Positions 44,680 to 54,020 of a stretch of 64,000 bases of DNA are shown here, in pieces; the first letter of the stretch is position 1; each line of letters begins with the position of its first letter. The DNA lies in the NCBI GenBank assembly GCA_937859835.1, contig CALMAN010000093.1:1631-65630 (forward strand). Direction: 5' to 3'. Both the position numbers and the translations under genes were made by a program. The stretch comes from an uncultured Acidipila sp. GTDB taxonomy: Bacteria; Acidobacteriota; Terriglobia; Terriglobales; Acidobacteriaceae. Below the pieces are notes generated by a model. The model saw only the letters and a list, made by a program, of their open reading frames with translations, ran no database searches and had not been told where the DNA came from.

Positions 44680-45270
44680 CTAGCGAGTCCCGTTTGCGGC
44701 GGCTGCGGCAAACGGGACGTAATGACGCCCAAAATACAACCGGTACTCGCCAGGGGAGCCGCCCGCGAGCACCTGCAAGGGGGTCGGGCGCGCGATCGCT
44801 GCATCCCTGCTTGAAGGCACGCTGAACAGCAGCTGCGAGCTGAGATCAAGAACCAGGAACTGATCGCCGACCATGCCGCAGCCATAAGCGCCCGGCTGCA
44901 GGAGCTTGCCGGCGAAACGGGCCGGTGTGTCGAGCAGCAGGTAAGCCTGGTAGCGCTCCTGCACCGAGGAGCTGTAGCCGGAAGTATCCACAAGGCCGGC
45001 AAGCACAAAGCCCCCCGGCAACCTGGCCCCGCCGGTATTGCGCAGCTGCACAGACGCAACCTGGCCGGCAAAGAAGACCGTGGCGGGCACCAGCGTGGAG
45101 GCGACCTCGCGGGAGATGGGGCCTACGGGCAGATCCCTGGGCGCGCTTGCCGTGGGCGCGGCCGCCATCTGCGCTCGCGCCGGTGAGCTGCCTCCAAGCA
45201 AGATGGTAGAAGCCAGAACGATATACGGGATCAGCCGCCAGCTACTCGACACGAGCCACCCAGGACGCAT
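44680..45270 (-). CDS. Hypothetical secreted protein
   Basis: 196-aa ORF with a hydrophobic N-terminus (LIPYIVLASTILLGGSSPARAQ). The start overlaps the GH13 stop by 29 nt, so the true start is uncertain. No motif recognised. Confidence 0.5.
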   Translation of the reverse strand: MRPGWLVSSSWRLIPYIVLASTILLGGSSPARAQMAAAPTASAPRDLPVGPISREVASTLVPATVFFAGQVASVQLRNTGGARLPGGFVLAGLVDTSGYSSSVQERYQAYLLLDTPARFAGKLLQPGAYGCGMVGDQFLVLDLSSQLLFSVPSSRDAAIARPTPLQVLAGGSPGEYRLYFGRHYVPFAAAAANGTR

Positions 45271-47056
45271 ACGGCGGCAGTGCGATGCCCGACAGCGTGG
45301 CCTGCCGCTGCAGGGAAGGGGCGTCGGTCAGCAGTGTTTGTACGTGGCTGCCCCCGGCGCCGTCGAGCGAAACCGTTTGCGGCGCAGCAGTGCAATTTAC
45401 CGAAACCACGATCGACTTACCATCGTCGCCCTTGCGCGTGTAGGAAAGCACCGAAGGATTGCTGGTGTCGAGCATGGTGATCGTGCCCGTGTGCAGTGCA
45501 GGATCGCTGCGCCGCATGCGGATCAGCTGCTTGTGCCAGTCGAGCAGCGATGCCTGCTCGCCGGACTCGGTCTGCACATTGACCGTTTTGTAGTCGCCGG
45601 CCACCGGCAGCCAGGTGTGCGGATTGGTGGAGAAGCCGGCCTGCGGACCAGGGGTCCACTGCATCGGTGTGCGCTCACCGTCGCGACCCTTTTCTTTCGG
45701 CCAACCGGTACGGCCGATCGGATCCTGCACGTCTTCCTTGCGCGTGGGGGTGCTGGTGACCATGCCGATCTCTTCGCCGTAGTACATCAGCGCGGAGTCC
45801 TTGGTGGTGAGCAGGACGGTCGCGATCAAACGCGCGATCGCCGCGTCGTGGACCCCGTCGCCGTAGCGGTTCCAGCTGCGCGGATTGTCGTGGTTGTCAA
45901 AAACAAACAGCGGCTCACTGCCGTGTATCTCTGTTTCTGCTTCCGCGATATGGCGGCGCAGCAGGCCGGCATCCAGCTTCTTGGCAAAACCGACCTGCAT
46001 GTCCATGGGGAGCTGTAGCTCATTGTGGCTGGCGCCCCCGTACCACTTATCCAGCTCTTGCACGTTCGGCAGATAGGTTTCACCTATAAGAACACGGTCG
46101 CCCGGGTACTTACCCACCATGGCACGCAGCCGGCGCATTACATCGTGCACCTCCGGCAGGTTGTTGGTGTACTCATCGCTAACATTTGGGTCGCCCTGCG
46201 CGTTGGTGCCGCCGGTTGAGGTCTCGTTGCGCAGCTGCGGATCTTCAAACAGCGTCGGCACCGCGTCGAAGCGGAAGCCGGCCACCCCGCGGTCGAGCCA
46301 AAAGCGGATGGTCGCAAACATGGCTTGTTCCACGGCCGGGTTGCGCCAGTTCAGGTCAGGCTGCTGCTTGTAGAACTCGTGGTAGTAGAACTGCTTGCGT
46401 GCCGGCACCCACTCCCATGCCGAGCCACCAAATCCGCTTACCCAGTTATTGGGCGGCACCATGCCGTCGTGCTCAAACCGTTTCTGGTACGCAGTGACGC
46501 CTGCGCTGTTTGCCGGGACGCCGGAGTTCCACACGTACCAGTCGGCCTTGGGGTTAGTGCGCGAGCTTGCCGACTCAATGAACCACTTATGCTTGTCCGA
46601 AGTGTGATTCATCACCATGTCAAGCAGAATGCGCACATTGCGCTTCTTTGCTTCGGCAACCAGGCGCGTGAAGTCAGCCATGGTGCCGTACTGCGGATCG
46701 ACGCTCTCGTAGTCCGAAATGTCGTAGCCGAAATCTACCTGCGGGGAAGGGAACATGGGCGTCATCCACACGGCATCGATGCCCAGCGCCTTCAGGTAAT
46801 CGAGTCGAGCCGTGATGCCGTTCAGGTCGCCGATGCCGTCGCCGTTGGAGTCCTGAAAAGAGCGAGGGTAAATCTCATACATCAACGCACCCTTCCACCA
46901 CGGAGCCGTGTTGCCGGCCGCCGAGGCAAAAGGAAGCGCGTGCCCGTCCCGAGTTGCTCCATGTCCTGTTTGCGCAGGAGTTCTGGAGCCGACAAGCAGC
47001 ACGGCGGCCGCGACCGCACACGTGATCAGGAACCTTTCCGAACGAACAACATGCAT
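45242..47056 (-). CDS. GH13 alpha-amylase-family enzyme (alpha-glucosidase / oligo-1,6-glucosidase-like), secreted
   Basis: WWKGALMYEIYPRSFQDSNGDGIGDLNGITARLDYLKALGIDAVWMTPMFPSPQVDFGYDISDY and ILLDMVMNHTSDKHKWF are classic GH13 subfamily signatures. A signal peptide is present. Confidence 0.9.
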   Translation of the reverse strand: MHVVRSERFLITCAVAAAVLLVGSRTPAQTGHGATRDGHALPFASAAGNTAPWWKGALMYEIYPRSFQDSNGDGIGDLNGITARLDYLKALGIDAVWMTPMFPSPQVDFGYDISDYESVDPQYGTMADFTRLVAEAKKRNVRILLDMVMNHTSDKHKWFIESASSRTNPKADWYVWNSGVPANSAGVTAYQKRFEHDGMVPPNNWVSGFGGSAWEWVPARKQFYYHEFYKQQPDLNWRNPAVEQAMFATIRFWLDRGVAGFRFDAVPTLFEDPQLRNETSTGGTNAQGDPNVSDEYTNNLPEVHDVMRRLRAMVGKYPGDRVLIGETYLPNVQELDKWYGGASHNELQLPMDMQVGFAKKLDAGLLRRHIAEAETEIHGSEPLFVFDNHDNPRSWNRYGDGVHDAAIARLIATVLLTTKDSALMYYGEEIGMVTSTPTRKEDVQDPIGRTGWPKEKGRDGERTPMQWTPGPQAGFSTNPHTWLPVAGDYKTVNVQTESGEQASLLDWHKQLIRMRRSDPALHTGTITMLDTSNPSVLSYTRKGDDGKSIVVSVNCTAAPQTVSLDGAGGSHVQTLLTDAPSLQRQATLSGIALPPYASWVARVE

Positions 47057-47242
47057 AAGGACGGTACGCCCCTTTCCCGGGCAGATTCCGAGCTTCTCGC
47101 GCCGGGTCGTAGAAAACCTCGATCGTGGTGGAGCATATCACTTCCGCGGCCCGCCGGCTTCCGGGAGCAACGGGCGGCCGCAGCTCCCTGCCCGGATCAA
47201 GAGGACGCGGATGCCGGGCCAAGCAGGAGCGACTTTCGTAAC

Positions 47243-47293
47243 CAGAAAAGCCCAATTTTCTGTTTGACACATGTTCAACTGCCCCGATACGGT
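47243..47293 (+). promoter_or_regulatory. Inverted repeat abutting a candidate promoter in the GH13/TBDR divergent region
   Basis: CAGAAAA (47243-47249) / TTTTCTG (47256-47262) inverted repeat, immediately followed by TTGACA (47264-47269), an 18-nt spacer and a weak -10 TACGGT (47288-47293). Confidence 0.25.
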
Positions 47294-47456
47294 TTTCGGC
47301 GACGCTCGCAAGTCTGGCGTGCCCCGCTCAAAGTCGCGCTTCCGAAAGGCGGCGAGCAGGGCAGATGCGCTGAGCGCGCAACGGCTGCTGCTTGTGTACC
47401 GGTTTCCGGCACAGGGGCGGTCGCAACGGATTGCAAGGTTTTAGGAGGCAGTACGT

Positions 47457-50400
47457 ATGCGCTTCACTCGGAAGGTTGGGTTGTTCGTGGCCACCGCTGC
47501 TGTGTGTGGAGCTCCGCTTTCGGGGCGCGCCCAGGCTGTGTTTGGCTCCGTCTACGGCGTCGTCGAGGACGCGTCGGGCGCAGTGGTGCCGAACGCGACC
47601 ATCACGGTCACCGACACGGCCAAGGGCATCTCGGTAACAGCGCAAAGCAACGCAAGCGGCGAATACACGGTCGGGCGCCTCATCCCCGATCCGTACACCG
47701 TCAAGGTCGATGCTTCCGGCTTCAAAACCTTTGAAAGCACAGGCGTCAACGTGCTGGCCGACCAGTCCGCCAAGGTGGACGCGAACCTCACCATCGGCTC
47801 TGAAGCGCAGGTTGTGCAGGTCAACGCCGACTCGGTGCCCCAGTTGAAGACAGACCGCGCGGACGTATCGACCACCTTTGGTTCCAAACAGATTGAAGAT
47901 CTCCCGATCCCGAACCGTAATTTTACCGCCCTGCAACTGCTGCTGCCCGGTGCGCAGCAGCTCGGCTGGTCGCATGCCGCGGATGAAAACCCGCAGGGGT
48001 CGCTGCAGATCCAGGTGGACGGGCAGGCCTTCGGCGGCGTGGCATACGAGCTGGACGGCACCGACAACCAGGACCCGATCCTGGGCATTATTGTGATCAA
48101 CCCGAACTCGGACTCGCTAGCCGAAACCAAGATCACCACCCAGAACTTCGACGCGGAGTTCGGCAAAGCAGTTTCGTCCGTGGTTACCGCGCAGACGAAG
48201 TCCGGCTCGAACAGCCTGCATGGCACGGCGTTTGATTACCGTGAAAGCGCCGCGCAATTGGCACGCGACCCCTTTACGCAGCCACTCAGCGTGCCGCCTG
48301 CGCTCAAGAACCAGTTTGGCGGTTCGCTGGGCGGCCCGATCGTGAAGGATAAAGCCTTCTTCTTTCTCGACTACCAGGGTGTGCGGCAAAAAGTCGGCTA
48401 TTCCAACACGCAAACCGTTCCTTCGGCTCACCTCATTTCTACCTGCCTGGGGCAGTCCCTCGCGGCGGATGGGACTGCCGGATGCGACTTTTCTGAGTAC
48501 GACGCACCGGGTCTGGACAGCGGCTCGAACGCAGGCACGGTAACCAACCGGCGCATCATCTACCAGCCAAACGGCATCGCGTACCCTGACAACGTCATTC
48601 CTGCGGCACAGATTTCGCCGCAGGCCAAGGCACTGTTTGCCTACCTCCAGCCTTACGCACCCAACAAGCTGACCGATTCGACATACCCAGGCCTGCGGAA
48701 CAACTATGCCGCCAGCGGTACGGGCTTGTTCAACAGCGATCAGTGGGATGTGCGCGGGGATTACCAGGCACGTGAAAACCTCCACGCCTTTACGCGCTTC
48801 AGCCGCTTTACGGATACCCTGACCGGCGGCGTCATGTTTGGGCCGGCCGGTGGCGCAGGCTTCGGTCTGGGCGGCTACGGCGGCAACTCCCGGGGAGCGA
48901 ACGACAGTCTTGCGGCCGGTTTTGACCTGGCGCTCAACGCAAAACTGGTCACTGATTTTCGCGTCGGCTACTACCGGTACAACGTGATCGATACCAAGTA
49001 CGACCAGAACGTCGAGTTCGCCAATCAACTCGGCATCCCGGGCATGAACACCGGCGCACTGATCACCGGGGGTGCGCCCTCCTTCAACCTTGCCGAAGTC
49101 GGACTTTCCGGTAACTCCGGTCCGAACAATGCTGCCGCAGCAGGCCCGCAGTACGGAGCCGGTTTGAACGTCGACCGCTGCAACTGCCCTCTCACGGAGC
49201 GTGAAGACCAGTACCAGATCGCAAACAATTGGACCAGGACGGTCGGAAACCATGAGATTCGCTTCGGTGCGGACCTTCGCTACGCTCGTAACCTGAGGGT
49301 GCCAAGCGACAATGACCGGACGGGCGTTTTGCAGTTCGGCACGGGCCCAACCTCGAATCCGAATGCTGTCGGCGGCACGCTCGCGGACGGAAGCAAGGTG
49401 GAAACGCAGGGCGGTCTTGGTTTTGCCACCTTTGCCCTTGGCGACGTCACCAACTTCAATCGCTATGTCAGCGCCACCACGAATGCGAAGGAGTTCCAGA
49501 AGCGCACTTTCTTCTATGCGCAGGATACCTGGCATCCCTCGCCGAAGTGGACGGTGAACTACGGTCTTCGCTACGAGATCTACTTTCCCGAAGCAATCAA
49601 CAACAAAGGGCAGGGCGCTGTTCTCAACCTGAGTACCGGATACCTGCAGGTAGCCGGCTACGGCAACCTTGGCAGCAACATGGGCTTTAACAAGTCGACG
49701 TACCCACTGAACCCGCGTCTCGGAGTCGCGTACCAGCCGAACGATCGAACCGTCATCCGCGCCGGCTATGGCCGCAGCTTCGATATCGGGGTCTTCGGCT
49801 CTATCTTTGGGCACGTAGCGACCCAGAACCTGCCCGTGCTGGCCAACCAGCAGATCACCACCACCACTGGCCAGACCGGGTACGCTTTCTCGCTCGCGCA
49901 GGGTCCAGCCGCTTACACGCCGCTCGCCATTCCGCCAAATGGCCTTATTCCGAATCCGGGGTCAGAAGTGACGTCCAAGGCACGTCCGATTACCATGCGG
50001 CTGCCTACGCTGGACGCATGGAACTTCAGCATTCAACAGTCGCTAACCCCAACGCTTTCGGTAACCTTCGCGTATGTCGGCAACAAGGGCACGCACACCC
50101 TAAGTGCCGGCGATGGAAACAATACCAACCCCAATGAGCCGGCGATCGTTCTCCCAGCGGCGTTCAGCGTCACCGGGCAATCTCTCCACTACGATCCGAA
50201 CGGGGGCAACTGCTACCCGGCTGGTCCTAACTGCACCGCGGCGGGCACGGTTCAGGGCGGGAACCTGCTTATCGGCCCAACGGGTGCCGTATCCAATACG
50301 ACCTATCTGCGCCGTTACTCGGGCGGCGCCTTGCCCGCCTGCGGTGGCCCCTGTGGCTGGACAAATGACGTGAACTACTACGGCGACGACCAGGACACGC

Positions 50401-51137
50401 ACTTCAATGCCCTGCAGGTATCCGTGGCAAAACAACTCACTCACGGTATTTCCGCAAACGTGAATTACGCATGGCAGCGGGGGTTTAACTACAACTCCAG
50501 CTTTGCCACCTGGGACAAATCGGCTGTAAAAGGCCGCGATGATTCCATTCGCGAGCAACAGGTAACCGCGTACGGTATCTTCCTGCTCCCCTTTGGGAGA
50601 AACCAGTTCCTGCTTGGCAACGCAGGCGGGGTACTGAATGAGATAGTAAGTGGATGGCAGTTCTCACCCGTGTTGAATTACGCAAGCGGGTTGCCGTTTA
50701 CCCTCAGCTATAGCAGCTGCGGTAACTATCTGCCTTCGGACGCTCCTTGCTATGTAAATGGACCTCCAAGGTCCTTGAAGACCTTTGTTCGCGGCTTTCC
50801 GGGAGGCTCAGGAGCCAACTCGCTTACCTTCTACGATCCGATCACCCTGGGCGGCCAGTTCACTGCATCCACTCTTGACCAGATCGGCAACTCGGGTCGA
50901 AACAGCGTCTTTGGGCCTCACTTCTTTAACGGCGACCTGTCGCTGTATAAGGATTTTCCGATTCGCGAGTCCCTGGTGGCGCAGTTCCGTCTCGATGCTT
51001 TCAACGGTTTCAACCACATCAACTTTGGCAACCCTGGCGGGAACATCGAGCAGCCAGGCTCCATCACAAGCGGGCCCTATCCAGGAGGCACCACCAACCC
51101 CCGGCAGCTTCAACTTGGCGCGCGCTTTCAGTTCTAA
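47457..51137 (+). CDS. TonB-dependent receptor with carboxypeptidase-regulatory-like domain
   Basis: AGGAGG RBS. Signal peptide, then GSVYGVVEDASGAVVPNATITVTD...NASGEYTVGRLIPDPYTVKVDASGFK. C-terminal ...LGARFQF. Confidence 0.9.
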   Translation: MRFTRKVGLFVATAAVCGAPLSGRAQAVFGSVYGVVEDASGAVVPNATITVTDTAKGISVTAQSNASGEYTVGRLIPDPYTVKVDASGFKTFESTGVNVLADQSAKVDANLTIGSEAQVVQVNADSVPQLKTDRADVSTTFGSKQIEDLPIPNRNFTALQLLLPGAQQLGWSHAADENPQGSLQIQVDGQAFGGVAYELDGTDNQDPILGIIVINPNSDSLAETKITTQNFDAEFGKAVSSVVTAQTKSGSNSLHGTAFDYRESAAQLARDPFTQPLSVPPALKNQFGGSLGGPIVKDKAFFFLDYQGVRQKVGYSNTQTVPSAHLISTCLGQSLAADGTAGCDFSEYDAPGLDSGSNAGTVTNRRIIYQPNGIAYPDNVIPAAQISPQAKALFAYLQPYAPNKLTDSTYPGLRNNYAASGTGLFNSDQWDVRGDYQARENLHAFTRFSRFTDTLTGGVMFGPAGGAGFGLGGYGGNSRGANDSLAAGFDLALNAKLVTDFRVGYYRYNVIDTKYDQNVEFANQLGIPGMNTGALITGGAPSFNLAEVGLSGNSGPNNAAAAGPQYGAGLNVDRCNCPLTEREDQYQIANNWTRTVGNHEIRFGADLRYARNLRVPSDNDRTGVLQFGTGPTSNPNAVGGTLADGSKVETQGGLGFATFALGDVTNFNRYVSATTNAKEFQKRTFFYAQDTWHPSPKWTVNYGLRYEIYFPEAINNKGQGAVLNLSTGYLQVAGYGNLGSNMGFNKSTYPLNPRLGVAYQPNDRTVIRAGYGRSFDIGVFGSIFGHVATQNLPVLANQQITTTTGQTGYAFSLAQGPAAYTPLAIPPNGLIPNPGSEVTSKARPITMRLPTLDAWNFSIQQSLTPTLSVTFAYVGNKGTHTLSAGDGNNTNPNEPAIVLPAAFSVTGQSLHYDPNGGNCYPAGPNCTAAGTVQGGNLLIGPTGAVSNTTYLRRYSGGALPACGGPCGWTNDVNYYGDDQDTHFNALQVSVAKQLTHGISANVNYAWQRGFNYNSSFATWDKSAVKGRDDSIREQQVTAYGIFLLPFGRNQFLLGNAGGVLNEIVSGWQFSPVLNYASGLPFTLSYSSCGNYLPSDAPCYVNGPPRSLKTFVRGFPGGSGANSLTFYDPITLGGQFTASTLDQIGNSGRNSVFGPHFFNGDLSLYKDFPIRESLVAQFRLDAFNGFNHINFGNPGGNIEQPGSITSGPYPGGTTNPRQLQLGARFQF

Positions 51138-51204
51138 GTCGGCAGCAGGGTACATACGCGGGGAGGGGCCTGACAGGGTCTCTCCCCGTACACTTTCAAG
51201 CGGT

Positions 51205-52266
51205 ATGTCTTTTCGCCGCCCGCTGGAAACTGCATTGCATCTGCTTAGCTCGAGCTTGCTCCTCTTCGTTTGCACCTCGGCTGTGTTCGCCCAGGAAGCT
51301 GCCGCGCCCTCGGCCGATCCGCTTCCGGCGCTGCGGCATGCGATTGAGACCGGGCATGCAGCCGAGGCCCTCCCACGACTCGACAGCCTCGTTGCTTCCG
51401 CGCCGCCGGGACCCGGCCTGGCTGCGGTGCAAACTTTGCGCGGGCAGGCCTTTTATGCGCAGGGGCGGCTCGGGGACGCCGACACATCCTTTGCGCAAGC
51501 GCTGCGCGCCGACCCGGGCAGTGGCGAGGCCGCGCAGATGCGAGGCCTGACCTTGTTCCGCCTTGGCAGGCCCGCCGAGGCCATCCCGCTGCTTGAAAGC
51601 TCCGTGGGGAAAACCGAGCAGGCCAAGGCCGACCCCAGCTACGTGCTTGCGCTCTGCTACGTCGACACCCGCCGCTACGACGACGCGCGCCGTGCGTTTG
51701 CGCGGCAGTACGGCTTTGCGCCTGACTCGGCCGAAGCCTACCTGCTGGCGGCGCGGATGCTGCTGCGGCGCGAGTACCTGCCGATCGCGCAGCAGTTTGC
51801 CCAGAAGGCGCTGGCGCTTGACCCCGGGCTGCCGCTCGCAGAGTCGCTCCTGGGCGAGATCGAGCTGGCGGGCAATCACCTGCCCGAGGCCGCAAAGGAC
51901 TTTGAAGCCGAACGGGCGCGAAACCCTCTTGAGCCAAGCGTGTATGACCGCCTGGGAGACACCTATGCGCGCGAGGGCGATTACGCGCGTGCCCGGCAGG
52001 CGCTTCAACAGGCGGTGCTGCTGGAGCCGCAGGCGACCGGGCCCTACATCCTGCTGGGCAAGGTGATGTTGAAAGGCGGCGATGCCGTGGGTGCCTTGCA
52101 GTACCTCGAGCATGCCCGGTCCATGGATCCGTCCAACTACATGACCCGGAACCTGCTCGGGCAGGCCTACCGGGCCGAAGGTCGCCGCGAAGAAGCGACC
52201 GCTGAAACCGAAGCTGCCGAACGTCTCCAGGCAGCAAGCGAGCCCAAACTTGCTCAACCTCAGTAG
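51205..52266 (+). CDS. Secreted TPR repeat protein
   Basis: ATG 51205 gives signal peptide ...LLLFVCTSAVFAQE, followed by TPR units (e.g. VYDRLGDTYAREGDYARARQALQQAVLLEP). The tracked ORF start (50785) lies inside the TBDR gene. Confidence 0.75.
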   Translation: MSFRRPLETALHLLSSSLLLFVCTSAVFAQEAAAPSADPLPALRHAIETGHAAEALPRLDSLVASAPPGPGLAAVQTLRGQAFYAQGRLGDADTSFAQALRADPGSGEAAQMRGLTLFRLGRPAEAIPLLESSVGKTEQAKADPSYVLALCYVDTRRYDDARRAFARQYGFAPDSAEAYLLAARMLLRREYLPIAQQFAQKALALDPGLPLAESLLGEIELAGNHLPEAAKDFEAERARNPLEPSVYDRLGDTYAREGDYARARQALQQAVLLEPQATGPYILLGKVMLKGGDAVGALQYLEHARSMDPSNYMTRNLLGQAYRAEGRREEATAETEAAERLQAASEPKLAQPQ

Positions 52267-53980
52267 ACGGGCAGGCAGCGTTTCGTGCCGTTTCCCGTGC
52301 GCGGGGCGCAGAAGAGCCGCGGCCACGTTGCTGCCGGGCTGGACACGCTCCATTCTGCTTGCGGCTCTGTTGCTCGCCCTGAACGTTCACCCCACCCGGG
52401 CAAACACGGCCGGAGGGCAGCCGCCCGGGCTGGCTGACCCCGACCGAGCCTGCGCTGCCTGCCATGCGGCGATCACGGCCAGCTACCGGGCTACCCCCAT
52501 GGCCCAGGGCAGCGGACCCGCTCTCCAAGGCCTCATCCCGGGCAGCTTCGCCCACCAGCCCAGCGGCGTGCAGTACACCATGGGCGTGGAGGATGGAACG
52601 GCGCAGATGCGCTACACACGCCCCGTGACTCATGCGCGCGGCGCGCTGGACGGTGCGGTGAACCTGACGTACTTCCTTGGCTCCGGCCATCGCGGGCGCA
52701 CCTACCTGTACCAGCGCGAGGGCTACTGGTACGAGCTGCCCATCAACTGGTACACCCGGCGCGGCGCGTGGGACATGCTGCCCGGCTATGGGCACGCGGC
52801 AAGCATGCCCACGGCGCAGCTGCCCGCGGATGCAAACTGCCTCCACTGCCACGCGACCGCCATCACGCAGCCCAGCCCGGTGGCCGGCAATCGCTTTGGC
52901 GCAGCTCCGTTCGCGCAGGGTGGCATCGGCTGCTCGGCTTGCCATGGCGACCCGGCTGCGCACCTCCGCAGCGGCGGCCGCGTGGCCATGGTCGATCCAG
53001 ACAAGCTGCCGGCGGCCCGGCGTGACAGCGTATGCCTGCAGTGCCACTTGGAAGGCGAAGCGCTCGCGTTTCTACCCGGCAAGTCGATGGCGACCTTTCA
53101 GCCGGGCGACAATCTGGCCGAAACCGCTGTGTACTTCGTGCGCGCCAGTCACGTAGGGGGCGGCAATCGCGCTACCAGCCAGTATGAAGCCCTGTTGCGC
53201 AGCGCCTGCCGCCGCACCGTGGGCGACAGCATGACCTGCACGACCTGCCATGACCCGCACGCCAGCCCGGTGGCTGCCGCTGAGCGTGTGGCCTGGTTTC
53301 GAGGCCGGTGCCTCAGCTGCCATACCAGTCCTGCCATGGCCACGCACCACCCGGAGCAGCAGGACTGCGCGAGCTGCCACATGCCGTCCCGGCCGGCAAC
53401 CGACGTCTCGCATGAGCAGGTAACCGACCACGACATCGAAGCGCGGCCCGGGCGAGGCACGCCCTCGCAGGCGCTGCCCAACGCTGTTGAGGACACCCTC
53501 GTTCCGGTTGGCGGTGGTCCGGTGGGCCCGCGTGAGCAGGGGCTCGCTTACGCGCAAACAGCGGAACAGGGGGACGGGCACGCAGCCGTGCGCGCGCGGG
53601 CGCTGCTGGAGCAGGCCGAGGCCGCCGGGTCTAACGACGCCGTGCTGCACTCGCGCCTTGGTTATCTGCTGCAGCGGGCAGGCGAAGCCGAACGGGCGCG
53701 CGCCGAATACATCGCGGCGCTGAACCAGGATGTTTGGGAGCCGAGCGCGCTTGCAAACCTGGCGGTCCTTGACGCGAGCACCGGCCACCTGCCGGAAGCC
53801 ATGCGTCTGCTCGACCGCCTGCTCACAGCAAACCCGGGGCAAACCTCAGCCGGCCTCAACCTCGCTTTGCTGGACTGCTCCACCGGGCAGGCCCAAAAGG
53901 CAGCTGCTGTCCTTGACAGGCTTGCCCTGTTTAACCCGGACGATCCGGTGCTGCGACGCTTCCGCCCCCCCGGGAACTAG
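52250..53980 (+). CDS. Heptahaem c-type cytochrome domain fused to C-terminal TPR repeats
   Basis: Seven CxxCH motifs (CAACH, CLHCH, CSACH, CLQCH, CTTCH, CLSCH, CASCH). The C-terminal ~150 aa is TPR-like (LHSRLGYLLQRAGEAERARAEYIAALNQD...). The start is TTG 52250 (17-nt overlap with the previous gene) or TTG 52328 (gives MLPGWTRSILLAALLLALNV). Confidence 0.8.
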   Translation: MLNLSRRAGSVSCRFPCAGRRRAAATLLPGWTRSILLAALLLALNVHPTRANTAGGQPPGLADPDRACAACHAAITASYRATPMAQGSGPALQGLIPGSFAHQPSGVQYTMGVEDGTAQMRYTRPVTHARGALDGAVNLTYFLGSGHRGRTYLYQREGYWYELPINWYTRRGAWDMLPGYGHAASMPTAQLPADANCLHCHATAITQPSPVAGNRFGAAPFAQGGIGCSACHGDPAAHLRSGGRVAMVDPDKLPAARRDSVCLQCHLEGEALAFLPGKSMATFQPGDNLAETAVYFVRASHVGGGNRATSQYEALLRSACRRTVGDSMTCTTCHDPHASPVAAAERVAWFRGRCLSCHTSPAMATHHPEQQDCASCHMPSRPATDVSHEQVTDHDIEARPGRGTPSQALPNAVEDTLVPVGGGPVGPREQGLAYAQTAEQGDGHAAVRARALLEQAEAAGSNDAVLHSRLGYLLQRAGEAERARAEYIAALNQDVWEPSALANLAVLDASTGHLPEAMRLLDRLLTANPGQTSAGLNLALLDCSTGQAQKAAAVLDRLALFNPDDPVLRRFRPPGN

Positions 53981-54020
53981 GCCGGCCACCCCTGCGCGCT
54001 GCCGCCGCCCGAGGTTGCGC

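Noticed and set aside
44529-45071. N-terminal 181-aa extension of tracked ORF 42702..45071.
   Set aside because: The extension overlaps the 44680..45270 ORF and reads as Cys/Arg/Pro/Ser-rich noise. A GTG/TTG start at 44528/44525 gives a normal signal peptide followed by TPRs.
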